Below the pieces are notes generated by a model. It was given only the letters and a program-made list of their open reading frames with translations, did no database searches and had not been told where the DNA came from. The translations under genes were made by a program, and so were the position numbers. From Myxococcales bacterium (GTDB taxonomy: Bacteria; Myxococcota_A; Polyangia; Polyangiales; DASUME01), in assembly GCA_047601445.1 (NCBI GenBank), contig JASGJH010000001.1, forward strand, positions 1,408,001 through 1,472,000: a stretch of 64,000 nt of DNA. The letters run 5' to 3'. Numbering within the stretch: the stretch's first letter is position 1; each line of letters begins with the position of its first letter. This document shows positions 1-8,688 of this stretch, in pieces.

Positions 1-3000
1 TTCCTCCACCTGCGTTTCCAGGGTCTGCAGGGTCGGGGCCGCCTGCGTCCCCACCGGAGCGATGCCGGAGGCGGGACGGGCAGTCATGAACTGATGCACG
101 GCACGCCGAAGATCCTCGGGCAAGGCGCCATCGCCCGAGACGGCCTCCGGCGACTCGTTGCCCTCTACGAACACATAGGCACAGGTGGCCCCGGAGATCA
201 CGCGCAGCTCCGACAGCATGGACCGCAGCCGTAGTCGAGGATTGCCGCCACCTTCGAGCGCCGTGGAGACGTCGTTGCCCTCGAGCTCACCGATGGAGTC
301 GATGCTCGGCGCGGGATACGACGTGCGCGTCTTACGGATGTGGGCCTGGGCCACGCGGGCCGCGAAGGCGATCAACGAGGCGCAGCGCGAACGCTCGGCG
401 GACTCGCGCAGCTCCAGCAGCGCATTGCGCAGCCAGCGCTTGTCGCTGAGCAGGGAGGCCATCTGCACTTGGCCGGCCTCCAGCAAGACCAGCGGCGCGA
501 GCTCGCCCGCTTCGTCCATGCGCGCGCGCCAGTAGCGGAAGAGATCCTTGGCGTCTTGCTCACGCCCGAGCCCGGCCAATGCGATGGCCAGCTCGTACTG
601 CAGCGGCGCGTACATCACGATGTATTCGCGGTCTGCTTCGGAGGTGGCGGCCAGCGCACGGTCGCAAATCTCCTTGGCGCGCGCGTACTGCCCCGCGTTG
701 TTGTACGCCCCGGCGATATCGGCGTAGGCGTTGCCCCAGCCGATCACGCTGCGCGGAGGATAAGCCTCCAGGAAGCGCTCACCGAGATTGATCGCCACGT
801 CGTGATCACCGCGCCGCGCGTGGTAGCCGATGCGCACCATGTCGCGCAGCGGCGACAGCGACGGGAGCTCCGCGGCCAGCACCTCGAGCCGTGAGAGCGC
901 GCGCCGCGTGCCCACGAGATCGCCGTAGCGGGTGTCGGCCATGCCTTCGATGGGCACCGCGAACCACTCGATCTGCCAGGTCGTTCCGCCCTGGATGCCA
1001 TGCAGATCGATTAGCCGACGGTAGTGCTCCGTGCGTTCCCGATCGCCCCGTACCAGGTAGTAAGTCATGCGGATGCGCTGGGCCGAGGCGTGAGCCAGGC
1101 GGGTACCGAGCGCTTCGATCTCGTCGGCGCGCTTCAGTGCCTCGGAGCCGATCCGGAAGGACTCATTGATCGCGGAAGCGAGCATCAGCCCCACGCGCAG
1201 GTCGAGTCGATCGGGTTCGGTCACGCCCACCAGCGGCGCACGCAGCGCGCGGAGCGCCTCCTCGAATGCCAGGCTCAGCTCACCCTCGCGGCCCAGCGGC
1301 TGCATGGCGAACGCCTTGCAAGCCAGGTGAGCCGCGGGCAACGCGGTGCCGTTCATGCCCTCGCCTGGCGCGATTTGATCCAGCACCCACTGGGCGCCGG
1401 CGCGGTCGAGAGCGGTGGCGCGCACCCCCATCAAGCCCATCACACAGCGTCCGAACAGGACCAGTGACTGGTAGGGGCTCGGCGCGCGACGGGTCTCCGA
1501 CGTGAACGGCCTGCGCACGATGGCCAGCAGCAGACACAACCACACTGCGATGCGTGTGCCCAGGAAGCGCCGCACCTTGCGCGCCCAGTGCAGGCCGGAG
1601 AGCGAGGCCAGCTTGGTGATGGTGTCCTCGCCGTACTTGAGAGCGAGCCGATAGTCGAAGAGGTAGCCCGCCAGCACCAACACCTGGCGCAACGGGAGGC
1701 TCTTCTTGCTCGGCGCCCCAAGCCGCTCGTACACCTCGAGCGCGCGCTCCATGGCAGGGATGACCGTACCCCAGGCCTTACCCTGACGCGCCAGCTCCGG
1801 GCCCACCTCGGCCAGGAGGTCGGCACCGCGCAACTCATCGTCGGTGCGCACCAGATGGGCGCCCGCCTCAAGGCGGCGCTCGAGCGTGGGCGGCAGCGAC
1901 AACAACACCGTGGAGAGCTGTCGATGGATGGCCTTCTTGCGCGCCTCGCTCATCGTCTGCTGCACAGCATCGCGCAGGGCGCCCTGCGCGAACGCAAAGC
2001 CGGCGCTGGCGCCCACGAAGACGCCTGCCGCCACCAGCTCGTCGAGCGCCGACAAGGTCTCTTCGCTGGCGGACCCGCTGATCTGCATGCATAGGTCGAG
2101 CGGCACGTCGCGCGCCATCAACGCCACGATCTCGGCCAGCGAGCGCGCCATCGGGCTCAACCCCTCGAGGCGCAGCGCCAAGGTCTCGGCCAGGCCCTGC
2201 GGCATGCGCTCGGTGATCTCGCCCTCGGGCAACACCCAGGTCCCCTCGAGGTAACGCAACTGTCCACGGTTCACGAGCAGCTGCGTGAGCTCCATGGTCA
2301 GGCCCGGATTGCCGCGCGCTCCTCGGTCGAGCCAATCCACCAAACGCTCGAGGTTGGGTACCTCGCCGAGCAAGCCCGACACCATCTCGCGCACCGCTGC
2401 CGCGTCCAGGGGCCCCAGGCGCAGCAGCTCGGACTGCTCGCGGAACGAGGCCAGCGCGCGCTCAGCGGCCGGCTTGCGGTCGGTGTTGACCGACGCCACC
2501 ACCAACATGTTCAGCGCGCTCGTCTGGTGCGCCAGGCTCGCCACCAGCGAGGCCGAGAACTCATCCGCCAAGTCCAGGTCGTCGACGACCAGCAAGAGCG
2601 GCCGCTCGCGCGCCACCCGCAAGAAGCTCTCGGCCAAGCGCACCTGCTCGCGCGCGCGCTCCTCGAAGCCGCTCATGTTCTCGGCGCCGCCGCCCTGGCC
2701 CGAGAGCGAGACCTCGAGCTCCGAAGAAGGCGGCTGCACCCTCAGGCCGCCTTCCGTGCCCGGCACCGAACGCTCCAGGGCGCGCCGCAGCTCACGGGCC
2801 AGGAGCTGCCCGCCCTGCTCGCTTGCGCCGAAGCCGCGCAGCGTGAGCACCCCGCGCGTCTGGGCCAGCACCGACACTTCATTCAGCAAACGGCTGCGCC
2901 CGATGCCTGTCGCGCCCTCGACGAGCACCGCACCGCCGAGCCCGCGGATACTGCGCTCGAGCAAAGCACGCAGCGTGGTGAGCTCGTTGTCGCGGCCGTG

Positions 3001-3876
3001 CAGCTCGGCGCTCGTCAGGTAGCTCTGAGCCACCTCCACCGAGCTCTCGGGTTCGAGCTCGGCGATGGCGTTGAGCTGCTCGATCACATCGGCTGCGTTC
3101 GGAGGACGCTTCAACGCATCGAGCTCGAGCAAAGACATTACCAGCGCATCGAGCGACTCCGGCACATCCGGCACGCGCGAACGCAGGCGCTCGATGGGGA
3201 TGGGCCACAGCTTGGGCAGGTCATCGAGCTTGCTTGCCGGATAGGCGTGCTCTCCGCTGAGCAGCCAATATGCGAGCGCTCCCAGGGAATACAGATCGGC
3301 GCGCTGATCCAGGAAGGCGCACTCCGCGGCTTCCGGCGGCACGAAGGGGGCCGTGCCCGCCACGTTGGGAGGCACACCGAAGGGTGCCATCGCGCCGAAG
3401 TCGAGCAGCTTGCAGCGGCCATCTTCGGTGCGGCGCACGTTGCGCGGGCTGAGGTCGCGGTGAAGCAAGCGCTGGGCATGCAGGAGCGCCAGCGAGGAGG
3501 CCACGTCGCGCAGGTAGCTGCAGGCTTCCCGGTAGTGCACGGGGCCCACGTCGCGCAGGTCCTTCCCGTCGAGCAGCTCCATCGTGTAGTACGGCACGCC
3601 GTCGAAGATGCCGAAGTCACGCACCTGGATGATGCGGGGGTGCTTGAGTCGCGACAGGGCGTGGTACTCGGCCCGAAAGTGCGCCAGGGCCTTGGGGCGC
3701 TTCAGCTGCCCATCCTTGACCCGCTTGAGCGCCACGCTGTCGCCGGTGGCCAGGTCCCGCGCCAGGAACACCTCGCCCATGCCGCCTTTGGCGAGGGGAC
3801 GGAGCAGCTCATAACGCCCCGCGATGAGGGCCTCGGTCGGCCCTTGGGGCGAGTCAGGTCGGGAACCCGAACGCAT
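1..3876 (-). CDS. Large Ser/Thr protein kinase fused to AAA/STAND-like ATPase and helical (TPR-like) region; 3' end runs off the window
   Basis: Not in the ORF track because it has no stop in the window. Manual translation from ATG 3876: MRSGSRPDSPQGPTEALIAGRYELLRPLAKGGMGEVFLARD...VALK, HRDLSPRN, LLDFG, GTAPFVPPE. Then VLVEGATGIGRS (Walker A-like) and LLVVDD (Walker B-like). The same frame is open at position 1. Confidence 0.88.
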   Translation of the reverse strand, partial: MRSGSRPDSPQGPTEALIAGRYELLRPLAKGGMGEVFLARDLATGDSVALKRVKDGQLKRPKALAHFRAEYHALSRLKHPRIIQVRDFGIFDGVPYYTMELLDGKDLRDVGPVHYREACSYLRDVASSLALLHAQRLLHRDLSPRNVRRTEDGRCKLLDFGAMAPFGVPPNVAGTAPFVPPEAAECAFLDQRADLYSLGALAYWLLSGEHAYPASKLDDLPKLWPIPIERLRSRVPDVPESLDALVMSLLELDALKRPPNAADVIEQLNAIAELEPESSVEVAQSYLTSAELHGRDNELTTLRALLERSIRGLGGAVLVEGATGIGRSRLLNEVSVLAQTRGVLTLRGFGASEQGGQLLARELRRALERSVPGTEGGLRVQPPSSELEVSLSGQGGGAENMSGFEERAREQVRLAESFLRVARERPLLLVVDDLDLADEFSASLVASLAHQTSALNMLVVASVNTDRKPAAERALASFREQSELLRLGPLDAAAVREMVSGLLGEVPNLERLVDWLDRGARGNPGLTMELTQLLVNRGQLRYLEGTWVLPEGEITERMPQGLAETLALRLEGLSPMARSLAEIVALMARDVPLDLCMQISGSASEETLSALDELVAAGVFVGASAGFAFAQGALRDAVQQTMSEARKKAIHRQLSTVLLSLPPTLERRLEAGAHLVRTDDELRGADLLAEVGPELARQGKAWGTVIPAMERALEVYERLGAPSKKSLPLRQVLVLAGYLFDYRLALKYGEDTITKLASLSGLHWARKVRRFLGTRIAVWLCLLLAIVRRPFTSETRRAPSPYQSLVLFGRCVMGLMGVRATALDRAGAQWVLDQIAPGEGMNGTALPAAHLACKAFAMQPLGREGELSLAFEEALRALRAPLVGVTEPDRLDLRVGLMLASAINESFRIGSEALKRADEIEALGTRLAHASAQRIRMTYYLVRGDRERTEHYRRLIDLHGIQGGTTWQIEWFAVPIEGMADTRYGDLVGTRRALSRLEVLAAELPSLSPLRDMVRIGYHARRGDHDVAINLGERFLEAYPPRSVIGWGNAYADIAGAYNNAGQYARAKEICDRALAATSEADREYIVMYAPLQYELAIALAGLGREQDAKDLFRYWRARMDEAGELAPLVLLEAGQVQMASLLSDKRWLRNALLELRESAERSRCASLIAFAARVAQAHIRKTRTSYPAPSIDSIGELEGNDVSTALEGGGNPRLRLRSMLSELRVISGATCAYVFVEGNESPEAVSGDGALPEDLRRAVHQFMTARPASGIAPVGTQAAPTLQTLETQVEE

Positions 3877-4082
3877 GTTTCCGCTCAGTATTTCACGATT
3901 TTGCCCGGTCAACGACCCCACATGTGGGCAGACGGGACCCGATCTCCTGGCCGTTTCGTGGTGAGCAGACGAAAGCGTGAAGAGCCCTCCAATTCCGAGG
4001 CGATCTTCCTGAGGGATCCCGGCTATGTCCCGGGGGCTCAGCGCCCTGCGCAGCCCCTGCCAGACATGGTACGAAGGGGCCC

Positions 4083-5537
4083 ATGCCGATCCGGACCGCC
4101 AACGAGTACATCGACAGCCTGCGCAACCGAAAACTCCGTGTGTATTTGTTCGGAGAACTGGTCGAGGACCCGGTCGAGCACCCCGTCATTCGCCCGTCCA
4201 TCAACGCCGTGGCCGACACCTACGCGCTGGCCGAGGAAGACCCGGAGCTCGCCACCGCCAGCTCCAAGTTGACTGGCCAGCGAGTCAACCGCTTCCTCCA
4301 GGTCACCGAGAGCGTCGATGACGTGGTCATGCAGAACCGCATGCAGCGCAGGCTCGGCCAGCGCACTGGCACCTGCTTTCAGCGCTGCGTCGGCATGGAC
4401 GCCATCAACTCGATGTTCTCGGTCACCTACGAGATCGACCAGAAGCACGGCACCGAGTACCACGCGCGCTTCGTCGAGTTCGTGAAGCACATGCAGCGCG
4501 AAAACTTCGTGGTGGGCGGCGCGATGACCGACCCCAAGGGCGACCGCAGCAAGGCTCCCCACGAGCAGGAAGATCCGGACCTGTTCTTGCGTGTGGTGGA
4601 GCGCCGGCCCGACGGCGTGGTGATCCGCGGTGCCAAGATGCACCAGACGGGCAGCTTGAACTCGCACTGGCTGGTGGTGATGCCGACCATGCGCCTCGGC
4701 GAGCAAGACAAGGACTACGCCATCTGCGCGGGCATCCCGGTGGACCACCCGAACATCGCTTACATCTATGGGCGCCAGAGCTGCGACGAGCGCGCGCTGG
4801 GCGGTGAGATCGATGCCGGTAACGCGCAGTTCGGCGGCCAAGAAGTGATGATCGTGTTCGAGGACGTGTTCGTACCCAACAGCCACGTCTTCATGAACGG
4901 CGAATGGAGCTTCGCGGCGAGCTTGGTGGAGCGCTTCACCGCCTACCACCGGCGCAGCTACGTGTGCAAGACGGGCCTGGGCGACGTGCTGATTGGCGCG
5001 GCGGCTGCCATCGCCGACTACAACGGCGCCGACAAGGCCTCGCACATCAAGGACAAGCTGGTGGAAATGACCCACCTCAACGAGACCATCTACAGCGCCG
5101 GCATCGCGTCGTCGCACGAGTCCAAGCGCACCCAGGCCGGCAACTTCCAAAACGACGAAATGCTCGCCAACGTGTGCAAGCACAACGTCACGCGCTTCCC
5201 CTACGAGATCGCGCGCCTCGCCCAGGACATGGCCGGCGGCCTGATGGTGACGCTGCCCTCCGACCAAGACTTCAAGAACCCCGCGACCAAGCCGATCCTC
5301 GAGAAATACTTGAAAACCCGGCCCGGCGTGTCGGTCGACAACCGGCGGCGCGTGCTGCGCCTGATCGAGAACATGACCATGGGGCGCAACGCCGTCGGCT
5401 ATCTGACCGAGTCGATGCATGGAGCCGGCTCGCCGCAGGCCCAGCGCATTCAGATCGCGCGCCTCTCGGACCTGCCCGGCAAGAAGAAGCTGGCCGAGAA
5501 GCTCGCGGGCGTGAAGCCCGACGGCGACAAGAAGTAG
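4083..5537 (+). CDS. abfD: 4-hydroxybutyryl-CoA dehydratase / vinylacetyl-CoA delta-isomerase (FAD, [4Fe-4S])
   Basis: Motifs GTCFQRCVGMD, MTDPKGDRS, YHRRSYVCKTG (3Cys+His cluster ligands) and ESMHGAGSPQAQ; 484 aa. Confidence 0.9.
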   Translation: MPIRTANEYIDSLRNRKLRVYLFGELVEDPVEHPVIRPSINAVADTYALAEEDPELATASSKLTGQRVNRFLQVTESVDDVVMQNRMQRRLGQRTGTCFQRCVGMDAINSMFSVTYEIDQKHGTEYHARFVEFVKHMQRENFVVGGAMTDPKGDRSKAPHEQEDPDLFLRVVERRPDGVVIRGAKMHQTGSLNSHWLVVMPTMRLGEQDKDYAICAGIPVDHPNIAYIYGRQSCDERALGGEIDAGNAQFGGQEVMIVFEDVFVPNSHVFMNGEWSFAASLVERFTAYHRRSYVCKTGLGDVLIGAAAAIADYNGADKASHIKDKLVEMTHLNETIYSAGIASSHESKRTQAGNFQNDEMLANVCKHNVTRFPYEIARLAQDMAGGLMVTLPSDQDFKNPATKPILEKYLKTRPGVSVDNRRRVLRLIENMTMGRNAVGYLTESMHGAGSPQAQRIQIARLSDLPGKKKLAEKLAGVKPDGDKK

Positions 5538-5562
5538 AACTCAGCCCTCGTTCTTTTCACCG

Positions 5563-5580
5563 GGAGGTCACGCGACCTCC
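5563..5580. terminator. GC-rich hairpin between convergent genes (possible terminator or REP-like element)
   Basis: GGAGGTC-acgc-GACCTCC perfect 7-bp stem downstream of abfD; no clear U-tract on the + strand. Confidence 0.35.
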
Positions 5581-5643
5581 CCGCCCTTCGCGGTAAAGCC
5601 GCGCCGGGACCCCCCCGCGGGGTTCGCTTCGCTCACGAAGTGC

Positions 5644-6267
5644 CTAGCCCTCGTTCATCAGGGCGCAGTAGCCGTCGGAGTCGATGCCGAGCGGTTTGGC
5701 CATGCGCAGGAGGTACGTGGCGAACGCCTGGAGCCAGGTGATCTCCACGATCTCGCGATCGGTGAAGCACGCCTTGAGGGCGGCGAAGGTCGCGTCCGTG
5801 GCCACGCCGGCGTGGGCGATTTCCTCCACGTAGACCAGCGCGGCGCGCTCGCGCGCATTCAGCACCTTGCTGTCGGCGATGGACCCGCCCAGCGCCTTGA
5901 GCTTCTCGCGGTTGGTCTTCGTCCGCATGGCCTGCGCCAGGTGCATGTCATGGCAGAACGAACAGCCGTTGACCCCGGCCACGTGCACCTCGATCAGATT
6001 GCAGAGCTCCTTCTCCAGGCTCAGACCGCGATCCATCAAGTGGTAGAAGGGCAGCGAGCGCCACAGCAGCGTGGGCAGGCGCGCGTAGATCACGCGGGCA
6101 GGCATCATGGCCTTACCGAAGGTGCGCCGGACGAACCAGTTGAAGAGCCGCACCAGCAGGCTCTTGGGTCGGTCGATGGGCGCGAGGCGTAGCGAGCTGC
6201 CCGGCTCGACTTGGGACATTTCTGGGACGCTGACCGTGCTCGGCGTGGCAGTGTTGTTCAGGACCAT
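5644..6267 (-). CDS. Carboxymuconolactone decarboxylase / AhpD-like alkylhydroperoxidase family protein
   Basis: VAGVNGCSFCHDMH (CxxC..H), RERAAL, FTDREIVEIT; GGAGG RBS 7 nt before ATG 6267. Confidence 0.85.
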   Translation of the reverse strand: MVLNNTATPSTVSVPEMSQVEPGSSLRLAPIDRPKSLLVRLFNWFVRRTFGKAMMPARVIYARLPTLLWRSLPFYHLMDRGLSLEKELCNLIEVHVAGVNGCSFCHDMHLAQAMRTKTNREKLKALGGSIADSKVLNARERAALVYVEEIAHAGVATDATFAALKACFTDREIVEITWLQAFATYLLRMAKPLGIDSDGYCALMNEG

Positions 6268-6285
6268 GTTGGTTCCTCCACCCAC

Positions 6286-6314
6286 AACACGCTCTCACCG
6301 GGGCAAAGGTTACG
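6286..6314 (-). promoter_or_regulatory. Putative ECF sigma promoter for the CMD/AhpD gene
   Basis: Minus strand reads CGTAACC-N16-CGTGTT just upstream of the RBS. This is ECF-type AAC/CGT architecture, next to a divergent ECF41-like sigma gene. Confidence 0.55.
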
Positions 6315-6369
6315 GGTTGCCCTAAAATTCTCGGCACTCGGCCACAACCCTCCGGAAAGGCGCGCAATT

Positions 6370-7278
6370 TTGTCCCTCAACGCCGCGTTCGAGTCGCATC
6401 GTGAGCTGCTCTTCCGACTCAGCTATCGGATGACGGGCAGCACCGCCGACGCCGAAGACATCGTGCAGGACACCTTCGCTCGGGCCCTCGAACGTCCTCC
6501 CATCGAAGACGACCGCGACCTCAAGCCCTGGCTGGTGCAAGTGGCACTCAATCTCGGCCGCGATCACCTGCGTCGCCGCAAACGTCTGGGCTACACCGGT
6601 CCGTGGCTCCCGGCGCCGCTCGAGACGGAGGGCGCCGACGACGCCACGCCGAGCCACCCGGAGGCTCGCTACGGTGAACTCGAGAGCGTCTCCCACGCGT
6701 TCCTGGTCGCCCTCGAAGCCCTTACGCCCGCCCAGCGCGCCTGCGTGATCCTGCGCGACGTGCTCGGACACTCGGTGAGCGAGGCGGCCACGCTGCTGCG
6801 GGTCTCGGAAAGCAACCTCAAGACCATGCACCACCGCGCACGAGCCAAGCTCTCCGAGTACGACGCACAGCGGGTGCCGCTCACGCGCGAGCTCCAGGGG
6901 CGCACGCGCGAGGCCCTGGTGAAGCTCTTCATGAGCCTGCTAGCGGGCGACGTGGCCTCACTCGAGTCCATGCTTGCCCAGGACGTGATGGCGATCAACG
7001 ACGGCAACGGCGAGTATTTCGCGGCCCGGGTGCCGCTGCTCGGCCGCGAGCGGGTGATCAAGTTCCACATCAAGGTCGGCGCCAAGCGTGGCTCGCCAGC
7101 GTTCGCCATCCGTCAGATCAACGGCTTGCCCGCGGTGGTCTGCGAGTTCTTCCGCCACGTCGACGGCATGGCCCCGCGCGCCGTCATCGCGCTGGTGCTC
7201 GATCGACAGGGTCACGTGCGCTGGCTCAACACCACCGTGGCCTCGGGGAAGTTGAGCCGTCTGCGCTTCGACATCTGA
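6370..7278 (+). CDS. ECF sigma factor, ECF41/SigJ-like, with C-terminal SnoaL-like extension
   Basis: YRMTGSTADAEDIVQD region 2, YTGPWLPAP (WLPEP-like), region 4 HTH, NDGNG (DGGG-like), INGLPA; likely TTG start at 6370 after GGAAAGG. Confidence 0.88.
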   Translation: MSLNAAFESHRELLFRLSYRMTGSTADAEDIVQDTFARALERPPIEDDRDLKPWLVQVALNLGRDHLRRRKRLGYTGPWLPAPLETEGADDATPSHPEARYGELESVSHAFLVALEALTPAQRACVILRDVLGHSVSEAATLLRVSESNLKTMHHRARAKLSEYDAQRVPLTRELQGRTREALVKLFMSLLAGDVASLESMLAQDVMAINDGNGEYFAARVPLLGRERVIKFHIKVGAKRGSPAFAIRQINGLPAVVCEFFRHVDGMAPRAVIALVLDRQGHVRWLNTTVASGKLSRLRFDI

Positions 7279-7284
7279 GTGGGC

Positions 7285-8688
7285 TCAGTCGAGCATGAAC
7301 GAGAAGCCGCCGCCCAGGTAGAAGGCTTCGGCCTTGTAATTGCCGTTGTTGATGGGCTGCTGGATGGCGGACTCCGGACGAATCGCCGCCGGTGCCTTGA
7401 TGACGCCGTCGCGAACCTTGGGGTCGACCATGAAGATCCAGCCGGCCACGGTATCGAAGCGAACGGTGTCAGTGAAGTTGAGGCCGAAGCCGCCGGTGAG
7501 CACCACCTTGTTGGTGTCGAGCGTCATGGGCGTAAGGTGGGGGTTGGAGAAGGCACCCTTTTCGTAGGCCAAGCCGCCGCGGAAGATGGTCTTGATGGGG
7601 AGCCAATCCTCCGGAAGGATCGCCTCGTAGCCGCCACGAATGCTCCAGGTGTCCTTCATGTTGCGCTGGATCTTCATGTTGCCTACGTCGTAGTCGCCGA
7701 TGCCGCGGATGTTCTGCATCTGCACGCCGTGAGGCTTCACGGGGATGTCCTTCTGCGTCGACCAGGCCTCGTACACGAAGGTGCCCTCCATGCGCAGCCA
7801 GTCGGCCGGGTGGATCTCGCCGCCAACGCGCCCGATCCAAGGGAACTTGATCTCGATGTCCGCCTTGTTGCCCTTGACCGTCGCGTTGTCGAACAGCGGC
7901 GAGGTCGGCAGCGAGATCTGCAGATCCGCCGCGCCGTGCAGGCTGTAGGGGAAGGTGAAAGACGCACCCAGGCGCGCGATCTCCATGTCCCAGGTGAAGC
8001 CCACCGCTCCGGAGATGCCAACCGCGGGGAACAAGTCGAGCGTGACCGTGGAGTCGAACTCGGGGTCCTCGGGGAACGAACAGGCGAAGGCGTCGCAGCC
8101 GCTGAGCGCGGTCTTGGCCTTGAAGCGGCCGGTCCAGATCTGCACGTCCGCGCCCAGGGAAAGGCCCTCGATGCCGTGGTAGGCCAGGCCGAGACTGATC
8201 GCCGACAGGAGGCTGCCGCGCATGTTGATCAGCGAGTAACGCGAGGGCGCCGGCTGCCGCAGTCCTCCCGCCGTGACGCTCTCGGGCCAGCCCATCAGGA
8301 TGGTGTTGGGCGCGAAGATGCCGGCCGCGAACGTCCAGTCCTCGAGCCCGAAGTTGTGGCTCATGCTCAAGCTGGGAATGGGCAGTGGCATCGGCTCCGC
8401 GTCCACCTTCGCCTGAGGCATGCCTGCCGCGTCGTAGCGCGTAAAGCTGCCCATGAAGATGGTCATCGTGGCGTCCATCAACACCTGATTGCCCGAGTAT
8501 TTGAGGCCCGCCGGGTTGTACCAGAGGGAGCTCGGGTCGTCGGCGCCCGCCACGAACGCACCGCCGCGCGACAGGGCGCGTGCGCCGCGATCGAAGAGAT
8601 AGAGACCGCCCGCCTGGACCTTGGCGCAAGGAACGAGGATCAAGAGCGCCAACAGCAGGCGTCCCACCCAAAGATTTCGCGTACTCAT
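7285..8688 (-). CDS. FadL/OmpP1/TodX family outer-membrane hydrophobic-compound transporter
   Basis: Signal peptide followed by GGLYLFDRGARALSRGGAFVAGADDPSSLWYNPAGL; alternating beta-strand pattern; aromatic-rich C-terminal strand. Confidence 0.85.
   Translation of the reverse strand: MSTRNLWVGRLLLALLILVPCAKVQAGGLYLFDRGARALSRGGAFVAGADDPSSLWYNPAGLKYSGNQVLMDATMTIFMGSFTRYDAAGMPQAKVDAEPMPLPIPSLSMSHNFGLEDWTFAAGIFAPNTILMGWPESVTAGGLRQPAPSRYSLINMRGSLLSAISLGLAYHGIEGLSLGADVQIWTGRFKAKTALSGCDAFACSFPEDPEFDSTVTLDLFPAVGISGAVGFTWDMEIARLGASFTFPYSLHGAADLQISLPTSPLFDNATVKGNKADIEIKFPWIGRVGGEIHPADWLRMEGTFVYEAWSTQKDIPVKPHGVQMQNIRGIGDYDVGNMKIQRNMKDTWSIRGGYEAILPEDWLPIKTIFRGGLAYEKGAFSNPHLTPMTLDTNKVVLTGGFGLNFTDTVRFDTVAGWIFMVDPKVRDGVIKAPAAIRPESAIQQPINNGNYKAEAFYLGGGFSFMLD

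Noticed and set aside
2527..4272. Long antisense or alternate-frame ORFs (e.g. 2527-4272+, 4038-5420-, 8580-10457+, 17449-19110-, 38120-39508+)
   Set aside because: Shadow ORFs typical of high-GC DNA; they overlap genes with clear motifs and have none of their own
4083..5537. Autotrophic 3HP/4HB or DC/4HB cycle, or 4-hydroxyphenylacetate 3-monooxygenase annotation
   Set aside because: A single gene does not establish a cycle; the Fe-S ligand motifs identify the dehydratase rather than HpaB
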